Assembly: GCA_950097015.1 (NCBI GenBank)
Contig: CATNEN010000033.1
Span: 2,170,001 to 2,234,000 of the forward strand
Length of the DNA stretch: 64,000 nucleotides
Source of the DNA: Macrostomum hystrix
Lineage: Eukaryota; Animalia; Platyhelminthes
Direction of reading: 5' to 3'
Shown: positions 36,625 through 50,241 of the stretch, piece by piece
Numbering within the stretch: the stretch's first letter is position 1
Layout: each line of letters starts with the position of its first letter
Made by a program: the position numbers and the translations under genes
Notes under the pieces: generated by a model
Databases searched by the model: none
Told to the model about the DNA's origin: nothing
The model's input: only the letters and a program-made list of their open reading frames with translations

Positions 36625-38385
36625 ATGAACCCCCAGTGTACAATGATCCCCCATTTGATGATGATCCCCCAGTTGATGATGATCCCCCAGTTGATGATGA
36701 TCCCCCAGTTGACAATGATCCCCCAGTTGACAATGATCCCCCAGTTGACAATGATCCCCCAGTTGACAATGATCTCACAGTTGACAATGATCCCCCAGTT
36801 TACAATGATCCCCCAGTTGACAATGATCCCCCAGTTGACAATGATCCCCCAGTTGACAATGATCCCCCAGTTGACAATGATCCCCCAGTTGACAATGATC
36901 CCCCAGTTGACATGATTGCCCAGTTGACAATCATTCCCCAGTGGACAATGATCCCCTTGTTGACAATGATCCCCCAGTTGACAATGATACCCCAGTTGAC
37001 AATGATCACCCAGTTCACAATGATCCCCCAGTTGGCCATGATCCCCTAGTTGACAATGATCCCCCAGTTGACAATGAACCCCCAGTTGACAATGATCCCC
37101 CAGTTGACAATGATCTCCCAGTTGACAATGATCCCCCAGTTTGCAATGATCCCCCAGTTGACAATGATCCCCCAGTTGACAATGATCCCCCAGTTGACAA
37201 TGATCCCCCAGTTGACAATGATCCCCCAGTTGACAATGATCCCCCAGTTGACAATTTTCCCCCAGTTGACAATGAAGCCCCAGTTGACAATGATCAACCA
37301 GTTGACAATGATCACCCAGTTGACAATGATCAACCAGTTGACAATGACCCCTTAGTTGACAATTTTCCCCCAGTTGACAATGATCCCCCAGTTGACAATG
37401 ATCCCCCAGTTGACAATGATCCCCCAGTTGACATGATTACCCAGTTGACAATCATTCCCCAGTGGACAATGATCCCCTTGTTGACAATGATCCCCCAGTT
37501 GACAATGATCCCCCAGTTGACAATGATCCCCCAGTTGACAATGATCTCCCAGTTGACAATGATCCCCCAGTTTGCAATGATCCCCCAGTTGACAATGATC
37601 CCCAAGTTGACAATGATCCCCCAGTTGACAATGATCCCCCAGTTGACAATGATCTCCCAGTTGACAATTTTCCCCCAGTTGACAATGAAGCCCCAGTTGA
37701 CAATAATCAACCAGTTGACAATGATCACCCAGTTGACAATGATCAACCAGTTGACAATGATCCCTCAGTTGACAATTTTCCCCCAGTTGACAATGATCCC
37801 CCAGTCGACAATGAACCCCCAGTTGACATGATTACCCAGTTGACAATCATTCCCCAGTGGACAATGATCCCCTTGTTGACAATGATCCCCCAGTTGACAA
37901 TGATACCCCAGTTGACAATGATCACCCAGTTCACAATGATCCCCCAGTTGGCCATGATCCCCTAGTTGACAATGATCCCCCAGTTGACAATGATCCCCCA
38001 GTTGACAATGATCCCCCAGTTGACAATGATCTCCCAGTTGACAATGATCCCCCAGTTTGTAATGATCCCCCAGTTGACAATGATTCCCCCAGTTGACAAT
38101 GATCCCCCAGTTGACAATGATCCCCCAGTTGACAATGATCCTCCAGTTGACAATTTTCCCCCAGTTGACAATGAAGCCCCAGTTGACAATGATCACCCAG
38201 TTGACAATGATCAACCAGTTGACAATGATCCCTCAGTTGACAATTTTCCCCCAGTTTACAATGATCCCCCAGTTGACAATGATCCACCAGTTCACAACGA
38301 TCCCCCAGTTGGCCATGATCCCCTAGTTGACAATGATCCTCCATTTGATGAGGACTCCTTATTGATGATGATGCCCAGTTGACAA
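36625..38385. repeat. 18-bp minisatellite (GTTGACAATGATCCCCCA)n with 1-nt indels and block duplications
   Basis: About 95 copies; frame switches between VDNDPP and MIPQLT show it is not constrained as coding. Confidence 0.96.
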
Positions 38386-38544
38386 TGTTGCTCAGTTAAT
38401 TTTTATATTAGCTTCTTTTGTAGAAAATTGAGAAGAACAACAATTAAATGATTATTAGGCAAAATATTCATCATACAAATATATATCATTTTGACGTTAT
38501 GAGATAACAAACTCAAAATTCAATTCAATGACAAAAAAAAATTT

Positions 38545-39665
38545 TGCCATGATTCAAACTCTAGTTGGCTAGGATTCAAACTCTGGTTTAGCCATGATTC
38601 AGACTCTGGTGTAGCCATGATTCAGACTATGGTTTAGCCATGATTCAAACTCTGGTTTAGCCATGATTCAGACTCTGGTGTAGCCATGATTCAGACTATG
38701 GTTTAGCCATGATTCAAACTCTGGTGTAGCCATGATTCAAACTCTGGTTTAGGCATGATTCAAACTCTGGTTTAGCCATGATTCAAGCTCTGGTTTAGCC
38801 ATGATTCAAACTCTGGTTTAGCCATGATTCAAACGCTGGTTTAGCCATGATTCAAACTCTGGTTTAGCCATGATTCAGACGCTGGTTTAGCCATGATTCA
38901 GACGCTGGTTTAGCTATGGTTCAGACGCTGGTTTAGCCATGATTCAGACGCTGGTTTAGCTATGGTTCAGACGCTGGTTTAGCCATGATTCAGACGCTGG
39001 TTTAGCCATGATTCAAACTCTGGTTTAGCCATGATTCAAACTCTGGTTTAGCCATGATTCAAACTCTGGTTTAGCCATGATTCAGACTCTGGTTTGGCCA
39101 TGATTCAAACTCTGGTTAGCCATGATTCAAGCTCTGGTTTAGCCATGATTCAAACTCTGGTTTAGCCATGATTCAGACTCTGGTTTAGCCATGATTCGGA
39201 CTCTGGTTTAGCCATGATTCAAACTCTGGTTTAGCCATGATTCAAACTCTGGTTTCGCCATGATTCAAACGCTGGTTTAGCCATGATTCAAACTCTGGTT
39301 TAGCCATGATTCGGACTCTGCTTTAGCCATGATTCAGACTCTGGTTTAGCCAAGATTCAGACGCTGGTTTAGCCATGATTCAAACTCTGGTTTAGCCGTG
39401 ATTCAAACTCTGGTTTAGCCATGATTCAGACTCTGGTTTAGCCATGATTCAGACTCTGGTTTAGGCATGATTCAAACTCTGGTTTAGCCATGATTCAGAC
39501 TCCAGTTTTGCCATGATTCAGACTCTGGTTTAGCCATGATTCAGACTCTGGTTTAGCCATGATTCAAACTCTGGTTTAGCCATGATTCAAACTCTGGTTT
39601 AGCCATGATTCAGACTATGGTTTAGCCATGATTCAAACTCAGGTTTTCTTTGACAAACTCAGGTT
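38545..39665. repeat. 23-bp minisatellite (GCCATGATTCAAACTCTGGTTTA)n
   Basis: About 48 copies with point variants. Confidence 0.96.
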
Positions 39666-40929
39666 TGCTATGATTTATGATATTTTATTTACGAAATGAA
39701 AAAAATAAATTAAAATAATCTTCAATCACTACTGGCTGAAAATTAGTCTAAATGATTTGACGCAGTGCAGAATCGAACCCTAGCCTAGCCTAACCTATTC
39801 CTAGTGCCTACACATCGGCTATTCCGACTGTTGGTTAGTGGGTGCAAAAATCTGCCTTATAAAATGAATTCTCAAAGTTCTGGCTTTGTACAATGAAGTA
39901 AGAAAATAGAGTACACTCAGTCTCGCGGTTGGTTGTGTACATTTATTTCCAATTTGTCTCCAGAGTGCAGGCTTCAAATTCAATCAGCTAGGGGTTGTTG
40001 CGCAATTTGACGATGCAATTCTAATTCAGTGGCAGTGAGTAAAATTCTCAATAGGCCAAGATGGTTTGACCTTTGAAAAAATCATGTTTTTCGAATATTT
40101 AATCCCCTTAGCAATAAAGTTAAGCTTAATAAAAATACGTGTATAATTCTCCCCATATTTGGCATCTTTTGGTGAAGAAATTGTGAAAATCGGTTGAGCT
40201 GTTCGGGAGAAAATCAATTACAACCAACCAACCAACCAAGCAAGCATTTCATTTTTAGTATAGTGGATGGATCACTTCACAAGCCTTTTGAACTTGGTAT
40301 AACAACTTTTCATGAAAATGTTGGTTGTTTTTAACACTTAAAAAGCAAAGCGTAAACTTTTCAAAGCAAAAGTTATGATAAAAAAGAAATATGTTAGGTC
40401 ATAAAACTTTTTATTGCAGTTTTTAGATATATTAAAGTTAAGTTACTTTTATATATACATTCTCTGAGTTAAATTTAAGACTAATTATTTCCTTAATGAA
40501 AACTAGATTCACTTGTCCTGTGGAACATTGAATTGATTGTAGGGGTACTATGATCAAAACAAAAAAATATAAACCTAAAGGTAGATAAATATGTTTAAAA
40601 CTGCTTGAACATAAAACTATATACAAGCGTATAATTATTTACAAATAGAGGTATAAACTTTTATAAATATAGTGTAAAAAAATTATGTCCCATTGATGAC
40701 CTTCTCATGGAATTACCCAGCTAACTGCAATGCATCTGCATCTAGACTTTGCTAACATATTAAAGAGTCTGTATTTTGATAAAAAACCTACCTTATTTAC
40801 ATTTTTGGGGTCTTAAAAGACCCTATTCAGGTATTCCATTTCAACTCAATTGAAATAATCAAGACGGGATTATTTTATTTCATTTAACATTTTTTGTATG
40901 GTTAAAAAATAAAATAATACTAATTACAA

Positions 40930-41196
40930 GAGGGCTGTGGGCAATGGCACATCATTTGGTGACACTCAACCCACAGCAAGCAAGGAGGCTATTCTGCTCA
41001 TTCCACTGACTCCTGAGCACACATGCACACAGACACTGTATGCAGGCACATGCTCACACAGGTGTGTATATCCACCCTGACTTTCTTATCATCAGTCAAG
41101 TATGCATTTCACTGTGCCTTGGAGTTTGCCCCCAAGAGTATAAATGACAGGACAAGCCCCCAGGCCTTCTCTCCACAGCTGGATCCCAAATGAATG
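40930..41196 (-). mobile_element. 5'-truncated, CpG-depleted copy of the tRNA-derived SINE at 55467-55840
   Basis: Aligns over ~265 nt with 55497-55770; AT-rich tail just left of 40930. Confidence 0.85.
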
Positions 41197-41643
41197 TGTT
41201 ATTGCTGAAAGTTCCAATCCGTGAAAGTTTCAAAATCTAAGATAGCTAGTGTTGTAATAAAAGACAAAAAATTCTCAGTGGGTCATGGGGTATTGGTAGG
41301 CAACTTGGTAGGATGTTAGTCGGAACTAGGCTTGTTTCAATCCTTATTTATTTTTTATAATTATATGACATTTATACTGTTTTTTGTTTCAGCTATTTGT
41401 TTCAGCTCACGATTTTTTTCAGCTGGGCTAAAAACTTTCTGTGTAGAAAACTAATTTCAGCCTCGTTTGATGCAGCTTAATTAAACTTAATCTAACTTAA
41501 TCTAAACCGTTTCGTTTGCTAAGCTTTACAGCCACAAAGCCAGCCTGCGGTCGTATGCTTCTGCTCTGTTGTTTAGTAAAAATAGCTTAAAATACAGCAA
41601 ATTATCGAGAGAAAAAAGTTCAGCCTGATCAAAAGAAATCATC

Positions 41644-44002
41644 ATGTCTCTGATAAAGCGCTTAATCGGCAACATCGACAGCTACTTGTTTCATCCGTCT
41701 AGCACAGACTCTGCCAAGCCAGCCAGTTCACATAGTATGCCTCTTGTTATTATGAAATCAAGCTTTCAATTTGATCACCGAATATTTTCTCATAGAGTCC
41801 AGCTGCATCCCTATCCAGGAGCCATCAACCACCTCACCCCAACCAACTTCCCAGATGCTGCCAGCGTTGGCATTCTCGACGCCGGCGGTCACCAGTTCGA
41901 GCCCCGCAGTCTTGACAGGCCGACAGCTTGCGACGTCTGCGGCTGCGCCGCCCTCGGCGACCGCCTTGTCAGCTGCCGACGCTGCAGCGCCACCTGCCAC
42001 GCCGACTGCGCCACCGCCGGCCTAGGAGTCGCCTGTCACGAGGCCGACAGTTCTGCGGATTTATCGCCGGACGAGAATTCGCCATCCGTTGCAGTCGGCG
42101 ACGTTTCCTCAGACTCCACCAACGATGACGACCGCTATGTCACCGCCAAGGAGCTGCTGCTCACGGCCGGCTCGCCCATCGATCGGTCCTACACGCTCAG
42201 CAGTCTAGACTCGCGCCTTATTGACCGGGCTGGCATCCGCCTGGTGACGCGCGCTGAACCGGGCGGCGGTGGCGGAGCCAGTTTCTACGCGGCCTGGACG
42301 CCGGAGAAGCTCGGCGCCCACCTGTTCCTGCTGTCCGAGCGGCTGCCCGGCCAGGAGTTTCGGGTCCAAACCTCGGCGTCCACCCAGTCGCATCACCATC
42401 TGCTCAGCTCGCATCATCATCTTCAAGGCCAGCAGTTGCGCTTCCGCGGCTCCCTTCGCGTCCACGTGAACCTCATGCGGCCGGTGCACTCGGACAAGCC
42501 GGCCGCCACCTTCTTCCTGCCGCGCGGCCACGCCTGCCTGCTACACGGCCTGGCTAGCGATCTGGGCGCTGACGGTGTCGTCTGGCAGCTGCTGGCCAAG
42601 CTGCGCATCCGCGATCCGGCGCACAAGTTCGGCCTGTATTTGCACACGGTGCGCGGCGACTCCACAGGTGAGGCCGTTCATTTTGCCACAATGTCTTGCT
42701 AGACATTCTAGCGGAAACTAAGTTTCTTAGAAATAGTTTAGGAGGCTGGTTTTCGCCGAAAAATTCACTACCGAAATAGGAAATCTCCACTTTACTACTG
42801 TACAAATTTACCGCCTGAGTTTGATTGGTAGCTTCATCGATTTCTTTCTTGGTTTATTTGTGAATACATAGATTTCAGTATATATTTCCTTTTCTCTGCA
42901 TGCCCCCTCCTGTGCCTAAAGTGCCTAAGAATGTATTATGCTCAATGCTCATGTAAGTAAGTTAATTTTTATCAAAATAAGAGCTTCCCTTTGACTGCCA
43001 ACTGCCATAGGATGCAGTAATTCATAAATACATCATTATTCATAGTCTTTCTTGGCAAACTTTCTTCTAGAAAGATCAGCGCAGTAGATAGGCGTAAAAT
43101 GTTTTCGTTGGTTTCGACTTCGCAAGAAGTTGATTGCCATCTTGGAGCTTCTGTGTTTACATTTCATTAGCCTGCGGACAGTTTCTAGGCATTGCGTGAA
43201 TCTGTGCACCTTTTCTGAGCCCCCGCTGCCACCCTTTCCAGTGGAGGTGCACCGCCTGAATCCCCAGGAGAGGCCGCTGGAGATCCTGCTGTCCTGGACC
43301 ACCCTGCCGCCCGCTGAGATGCGGGCCGCCTTCGCAATGCGAAGATTTGTTCTGCAGGAGACTGACACTTCCACGGTTGACGTGAGCAAATGCGCCTCTT
43401 CGCTTTTGTTGGGCGAATCGCCGTGCCGTGTGATTTGTCATGCTGTCGGGTACATTTTTTCAAGCTTTACGCAATGTCCTGACTAAAACAAGTAGCTGAA
43501 ATTTGTCATAGACTCGATAAAATCGAGTTGGTCATAGATTTAATATAATCTCGAGCTTTAATTAGTCATAGACTCGATATAATTCTGAACTTAAACTTGA
43601 ATATAAACAGAATATAATCAACCTCAAATGTTAGTGGGGTTGATTTGGCTCAGAGCTTAAACTAGTCATAGGCTCGATATCATCGCACGCTTTAACTTTT
43701 CACGGTTCAATAAATGTTTCTAACTGAGATTCTTCATAATCGCTGATCCGTCAAGTTTCATTTGATTGTGTTTTCTCAATCAATGGTTAATCTGAAAACT
43801 GATTATCCCCATTCTCACCTTCGCACGGCAGTGGGACGCATTCAGCGTGCCGGAGCTGCTGAACTTTCTGCAGATTCTCAGCCTGGAGCAGGCGCAGCAC
43901 GAGCGCAATATTCGTAGAAAATTTGAAGAGCTTCGCTGCGCCCTGGCCGCCAAGCAGCTGGAACTGGAGCATCTGATGCTGCGGGAGGAGTCCGAGGCCT
44001 GA
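41644..44002 (+). CDS. RASSF: RASSF1/5-type protein (C1 zinc finger, Ras-association domain, SARAH), 3 exons, ~444 aa
   Basis: Exons 41644-42667, 43242-43381, 43832-44002 (phases 1, 0). C1: HQFEPRSLDRPTACDVC...CRRCSATCHADC; RA: FRGSLRVHVNLMRPV...FFLPR...DPAHKFGLY; SARAH: WDAFSVPELLNFLQIL. The start codon is uncertain. Confidence 0.88.
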
Positions 44003-44144
44003 CATGCTGCTGAAACTCACCTGTTGGATATATAATTATTCTCCTTGCTGATGCACTATGCCTGACTTGTCGGTTGCATGTGAAAGCGGTCGGCTTGCTC
44101 AATGTAAGTCGGTGGACTTTTTTACGCCACCGACTGTCATTGTT

Positions 44145-44272
44145 TGGAACAAGATGTTGGCAATCTTTCACAGTCCCCTTTCACAGAGGAGGAGCTTATA
44201 ACCTAGTGTGGAACAAGATGTTGGCAATCTTTCACAGTCCCCTTTCACAGAGGAGGAGCTTATAACCTAGTG
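44145..44272 (+). repeat. Exact 64-bp tandem duplication, possibly a LINE ORF2 scrap
   Basis: 44145-44208 is identical to 44209-44272; one frame reads SPFTEEEL, like the motif upstream of non-LTR RT domains (weak). Confidence 0.8.
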
Positions 44273-45419
44273 GTTGGAACTTCGGACTTCTGACTGGGAT
44301 CATTCTGTTTGGGAGATATCGTGCAGTAGGCAGTGGGTCTATGAAATAGCCCCGTAGTCTTCTCCCCCTGGGAAGAATAGCGTGGTATTAAATTAGGTTT
44401 GACTTCTAAATATCTATCTGCAACCTACTATTCCCAATTTTGACGTTTCCCAGACTCCCAACTCTGACTAGCAAAATATATAAAAAAACTCTTTGTAAAG
44501 TTAGGAGAAGTGAAAATTTAGGGATTTTTGATGTACAGGTAATGTGAAGTTTGAAGGAACGAAGTGAATCCACCGTGGTAGTTAAGTGTGGTAATTAAAT
44601 AAATATTGCTTTGTACGTCAAGCTTTTACATTCATCAGTGCAGTAGTGCTTAGTAAGAAGAAGAAAGAGAACACTGTTTATCAGACTTTATCTGCTGATT
44701 TCAAACTGATCTATAATCATTGTTCACATTTTGCTTTGCCTATGCCAAACAATTTATTAATTATGTAAATGTTAATTTCTGTCCGTTCACAAACAAGTAC
44801 TATATTTGAGTAGTACGACACATTTATCATTTTTTCGTAGTTCCGTATTACCTATAGGAGTCAGTCTGTAGTTATGAAACTATTTTGCAATATTCAATGC
44901 AATTTTCCGCTGTACAGTTGTTATTTAGCTGCAGCTAACTAGTGCAGCAAAACTTCAATTAGAGTTCATTTAATGCTTCCTTTTAATTTCCTAATTAATC
45001 TTTCCACGAAGACATATCAGTGTGATTGTCCAGGCACACTTCTTGTGCAGATTTTTTCTCTTTTTTGACCTAAATTTATCCCCTAATATTCTACTTCTAT
45101 TCATATCAGTTTTTTATGATTTCTACTATTTACAAAGTCATTCTCCATATTTGATTCTGCATTAATTATGTGCATTGTGATCAGCAGTCACATTGTTTGT
45201 TTTCCTCTCGCCTTTTCAGTCTGCCTTGTAACGGTTTTGTGCTTTTCCTTATTTTATTGTATTTTGGCTTAAATAAAAAATAGAAGTAGAATTAGAAAAT
45301 TTCATTTAAATTAAGTGGGAAATTAATTACAGTCTTGCCTTTATAGAGAAAAAAGTCTTTGTACCCTGTAGCTAAAAAGCGTTAATATTACCCTTGCCAA
45401 TTCTGTGCACTATACCTAA

Positions 45420-46230
45420 AATATCATTATTACACCGAAGCCTATGTTCACTATTCCTAAAAATAGAACTGACACCCAAGCCTATGTACACTGTGCCTAA
45501 AAATAGAACTGACACCCAAGCCTATGTACACTGTGCCTAAAAATAGAACTGACACCCAAGCCTATGTACACCGTGCCTAAAAATAGAACTGACACCCAAG
45601 CCTATGTACACTGTGCCTAAAAATAGAACTGACACCCAAGCCTATGTACACTGTGCCTAAAAATAGAACTGACACCCTAGCCTATGTACACCGTGCCTAA
45701 AAATAGAACTGACACCCTAGCCTATGTACATACACTGTGCCTACAAATAGAACTGACACCCAAGCCTATGTACACCGTGCCTAAAAATAGAACTGACACC
45801 CTAGCCTATGTACATACACTGTGCCTACAAATAGAACTGACACCCAAGCCTATGCACATACACTGTGCCTAAAAATAGAACTGACACCCAAGCCTATGCA
45901 CATACACTGTGCCTAAAAATAGAACTGACACCCAAGCCTATGCACATACACTGTGCCTAAAAATAGAACTGACACCCTAGCCTATGTACACCGTGCCTAA
46001 AAATAGAACTGACACCCTAGCCTATGTACATACACTGTGCCTACAAATAGAACTGACACCCAAGCCTATGTACACCGTGCCTAAAAATAGAACTGACACC
46101 CTAGCCTATGTACATACACTGTGCCTACAAATAGAACTGACACCCAAGCCTATGCACATACACTGTGCCTAAAAATAGAACTGACACCCAAGCCTATGTA
46201 CACTGTGCAAGAAAATAGAGCTGACACCCA
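45420..46230. repeat. 40/44-bp minisatellite (AAAATAGAACTGACACCCAAGCCTATGTACACTGTGCCTA)n
   Basis: About 19 copies; a 300-bp block is duplicated (45661 and 45961). Confidence 0.95.
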
Positions 46231-46899
46231 CATATTTCTAAAATGGAAACATTTTATACTGTAAATATGTCGAAAATCGGGGAAAATTACTTAAATTACA
46301 TTTGTGCGTTCACAAAGATCCAATCATTCTTGTGTACGATTCAGGTAGGTTCAATTTATCTTAGAGCATATAGGAAGTTAAGTTCTGTGTTTTTCTGATT
46401 GATTTTATTTATAATAATATTAATGTTCCCACTTCTTTCCCTACTATATTTGTTCACGCACGGTTACTGTAAAGCAAGTTTCGATGCCATAATGTGAGCT
46501 AATATGAAACTAATGGCGCTGTGATTCTTTCTCATTTTTCCCTATTTTCGCATATTGCAAAGTTTTTCCATGCAAGTCTATTTTTTCTAATCAATTTTGT
46601 TACTTTAGTATTCCTCACAAGTTCGATTGTTTTAGACAAATCTATCAATGGGATTCTGTTAAATAAACTATTGCCCTGCTTATTTAAGTATTCTAGTACG
46701 CGGGTTCTATCATATTTGCATCCAACCCTCTTCAGTAAACTGTCAGTTGTTTTCAAATACTTTTCTTCGCTAAGTACAAGCTTAGTAGCGAAAAGATATT
46801 GAGGTAGCTGTGCAGAAATTTCAAGTGTGGTGGAGTGAGGTGGATGCAGTGATGGTATGTGGAGTGAGTAGATGTAGTGAGGTGTTTGGCAAGTGAACT

Positions 46900-47557
46900 G
46901 GGTGCAGTTAGGGGTTGGCAAGTGAGCTGGGTGCAGTCAGGGGTTGGCAAGTGAGCTGGGTGCAGTCAGGGGTTGGCAAGTGAGCTGGGTGCAGTCAGGG
47001 GTTGGCAAATGAACTGGGTGCAGTCAGGGTTGGCAAGTGAGCTGGGTGCAGTCAGGGGTTGGCAAGTGAGCTGGGTGCAGTCAGGGGTTGGCAAGTGAGC
47101 TGGGTGCAGTCAGGGGTTGGCAAGTGAGCTGGGTGCAGTCAGGGGTTGGCAAGTGAACTGGGTGCAGTCAGGGGTTGACAAGTGAGCTGGGTGCAGTCAG
47201 GGGTTGGCAAGTGAACTGGGTGCAGTCTGGGGTTGGCAAGTGAACTGGGTGCAGTCAGGGGTTTGGCAAGTGAACTGGGTGCAGTCAGGGGTTGGCAAGT
47301 GAACTGGGTGCAGTCAGGGGTTTGGCAAGTGAACTGGGTGCAGTCAGGGGTTGGCAAGTGAGCTGGGTGCAGTCAGGGGTTGGCAAGTGAACTGGGTGCA
47401 GTCTGGGGTTGGCAAGTGAACTGGGTGCAGTCAGGGGTTTGGCAAGTGAACTGGGTGCAGTCAGGGGTTGGCAAGTGAGCTGGGTGCAGTCAGGGGTTTG
47501 GCAAGTGAACTGGGTGCAGTCAGGGGTTGGCAAGTGAGCTGGGTGCAGTCAGGGGTG
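46900..47557. repeat. 29-bp minisatellite (GCAAGTGAGCTGGGTGCAGTCAGGGGTTG)n
   Basis: About 22 copies, G-rich on the plus strand. Confidence 0.95.
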
Positions 47558-47890
47558 TTCTCCTGTGTTCGCCAAAGTAGTACTGTGGCGCACAGTTATT
47601 GACAGCAAGTCTGTTCTGATGCAGCAGTTTTTAGCGAGTCCATTGCTTTTTATTGTTAGTCAGTCTTGGTCAAGCAAAACTGAAGTTGGCTGTGTTGCCG
47701 AACTGTTTCAGCGGATTCTCACCAGTGCCACCGCCACCGCAATTAAGACAAAGTTGGCTGTCTCAAACGGAACTAAAGCTACCGCAGGCAAGTCGGTCTG
47801 TTCCCAGTGTGCGTGCACAGAGTATCCAACAAAGACTTCGCATGAACTTATTCACGAACCCTCTAATTTGTCTCGGCAGTCTCGGGCCGC

Positions 47891-49146
47891 ATGGCTGGCA
47901 GCCAATCAGATCGGGCGCAGTTTCGCTTCGTGGACATCGGCGCCAACCTCACGGACCCGGTGTTCCGCGGCCTCTACCGTGGCCGACAGCTGCACCAGGA
48001 TGACTTCAACGCCGTGCTGCGCCGCGCCGCCGACGTCGGCGTCCAGCGAATCATTGTGACTGGTGGCAGCCTCGCTGAGAGCCAGGCCGCTGTGCGCCTC
48101 TGCCGGGAGCAGCCCGACTCTCCGCTGCGCCTCTGCTGCACAGTCGGCTGCCACCCGACAAGGTTCTGCCCGGATACAGATTGCCTTGTGCTGCCGGGAG
48201 ATTCAATTAGAATGGGGAGACATTGGAGAGCAGGGGATAGTTGAGAGGTTGAGAGGCCAGGAGAGATCGGATGGAAATCAGTCTCCAAAGAGTCTCAAGA
48301 GAAATATAAGAGTCAAATTACACTAATCTGCTGCCTTCTCCCAGAACCAAAGAGATGGAGGCGGACCCGGCTGCTTACCTGAACTCGCTGCGCCAGTTGG
48401 TTGAAGCCAACCGCGACCTGGTGGTGGCCGTGGGAGAGACCGGCCTGGACTATGACAGGGAGCAGTTTGCGCCACGTGACGTACAGCTGCGGCACTTCTG
48501 GTTAGTGCCAACTGATTTAATTGGTCTCATTGATCTGATTGGAATTTTTCCGTTTCATTCACCCACCCAGACTTCAGGCTGATTCACTCCTCCCACCGTC
48601 CTTAGTTCGCAGGTGTCACTCGCCTGCCAGCTGGGCCTGCCTTTGTTTCTCCACTGCCGTGCCAGCCACGCGGACTTTCGCAACGCGCTGACTGACTTTG
48701 CTAGCCAATTGCCTTCGCCGCCGGGCGTGGTGCACACCTTCGACGGCACCGCGGAAGATGCCACCCAACTGCTGTCCATGGGATTCTACCTCGGCCTAAA
48801 CGGCTGCAGTTTGAAGACAGTCGACAATTTGCGAGTGGTTTCCGGCCTGCCGCTGGACAGGCTCCTTTTGGAAACGGACGCGCCCTGGTGCGAGATCAAG
48901 CCGAGCCACGCTGGGTATGGTCACGTGACAACCCGATTTGAGTCTAAGAAGGCCGAGCGCTGGGCGTCTGGCTGCATGGTGAAGGGGCGCAATGAGCCGG
49001 CCTGCATTGTTCAGGTGCTGCAGGTCGTGGCGGCCGCTCTCAACCAGCCAGCGGAGGCTGTGGCCGCCGCAGCGTTTGACAACACGCGCCGACTGTTTCA
49101 CTTTAAAGATGAGACTGCGGCAGAGAGTTCAGTAGACAGAGACTAG
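47891..49146 (+). CDS. TATDN1: TatD-family nuclease TATDN1, 3 exons, 322 aa
   Basis: Exons 47891-48162, 48345-48500, 48606-49146 (phase 2, 2; 969 nt). FVDIGANLTD, TVGCHPTR, AVGETGLDYDR, LPLFLHCR, GVVHTFDG, NGCSLKT, ETDAPWC and RNEP motifs. Confidence 0.96.
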
Positions 49147-49208
49147 CTGTTTACCGACTTGTTTTCGGTTCCTTTTTGCTAGTCTCTTTTCTGGACGCCA
49201 ATTTTTAG

Positions 49209-49307
49209 GTTATCATTGTCAATCAGTCATGCTTACACTAAGTTATCATTGTCAATCAGTCATGCTTACACTAAGTTATCATTTTCAATCAGTCATGCTT
49301 ACACTAA
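49209..49307. repeat. 33-bp unit repeated 3 times downstream of the TATDN1 stop
   Basis: GTTATCATTGTCAATCAGTCATGCTTACACTAA x3, with one mismatch. Confidence 0.9.
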
Positions 49308-50241
49308 GTTATGCTTATTCTACTAACGCAAACTCGGCTCGCATGAATACTTTCCTAAATATCCCTGTGTGCCTGAAAATCTATTGTGTTAATTTGCTTA
49401 AATAAATTTTCTGGCATCAAATGGCTTGGGATCAATTGTGGACCTACAAAAAAATGCAAGATTCCCATGAAGTATTTTGTTATTCTTTTAACTATTTTAC
49501 TTTTTTTCCGAAACAAAAGTTGACAAACTAAGAAAAGGTCTGTCTTAAAAGAGGCAACTATATAAGTGCTATTTAAAAAGTAGTCCACATATTTCAGTAA
49601 ATTAGAATAATATTATTTTGAAAGGATTTCTGTGGTTTCAACAAATGTTGTGAAAAATGAAATGCGCAACAGCATCTCAACTTAGATCAATCTCTTTATA
49701 TGTAGATATTAATTTTTTTACATACACCTGGAAATGTAGGAAATTTCTGCAAATATTATATATCCGACAACCGGCCGTTACTTGACATACTGAAATACCA
49801 ACACTGCAGCTGTCTCACACGGGTCACATAGGAATAATTTTGTTTAAAAAAGGTGAAAACTTTAGTTGGGATCTTGAACTCTACATAATTTTTAACACCA
49901 CAGAATGCTTTTTACCGGTGCAATAAGTGCTTGTTATAAACCAGTACTTTTAAGTGCGTGGTGAAGTTATCGCGTGCTTCCGTCCTTACGTTGCATCTTG
50001 GCAAAAAGTAAAACAATTTTTTTCATTAGAAACTATATATTATTGAGTCTATAATTTTTAGGTGATGCTACTTAAATTATATAGTTATTAAATTTGCGTT
50101 TCAGTTGCTTATAAAACTATCAAGACCTCTTTTATACGAGTCAATAGTTGTGTTCTCGGTTTAAAACTAAAAGATATATTTTCTTTTCGCACAAAACAAG
50201 ATTACGAAACGATTGCTAAAACAGTTATTTTTCTTTCGAAA

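Noticed and set aside
36625-38385. Acidic VDNDPP-repeat protein
   Set aside because: Frequent 1-nt indels switch frames, unlike a constrained coding repeat.
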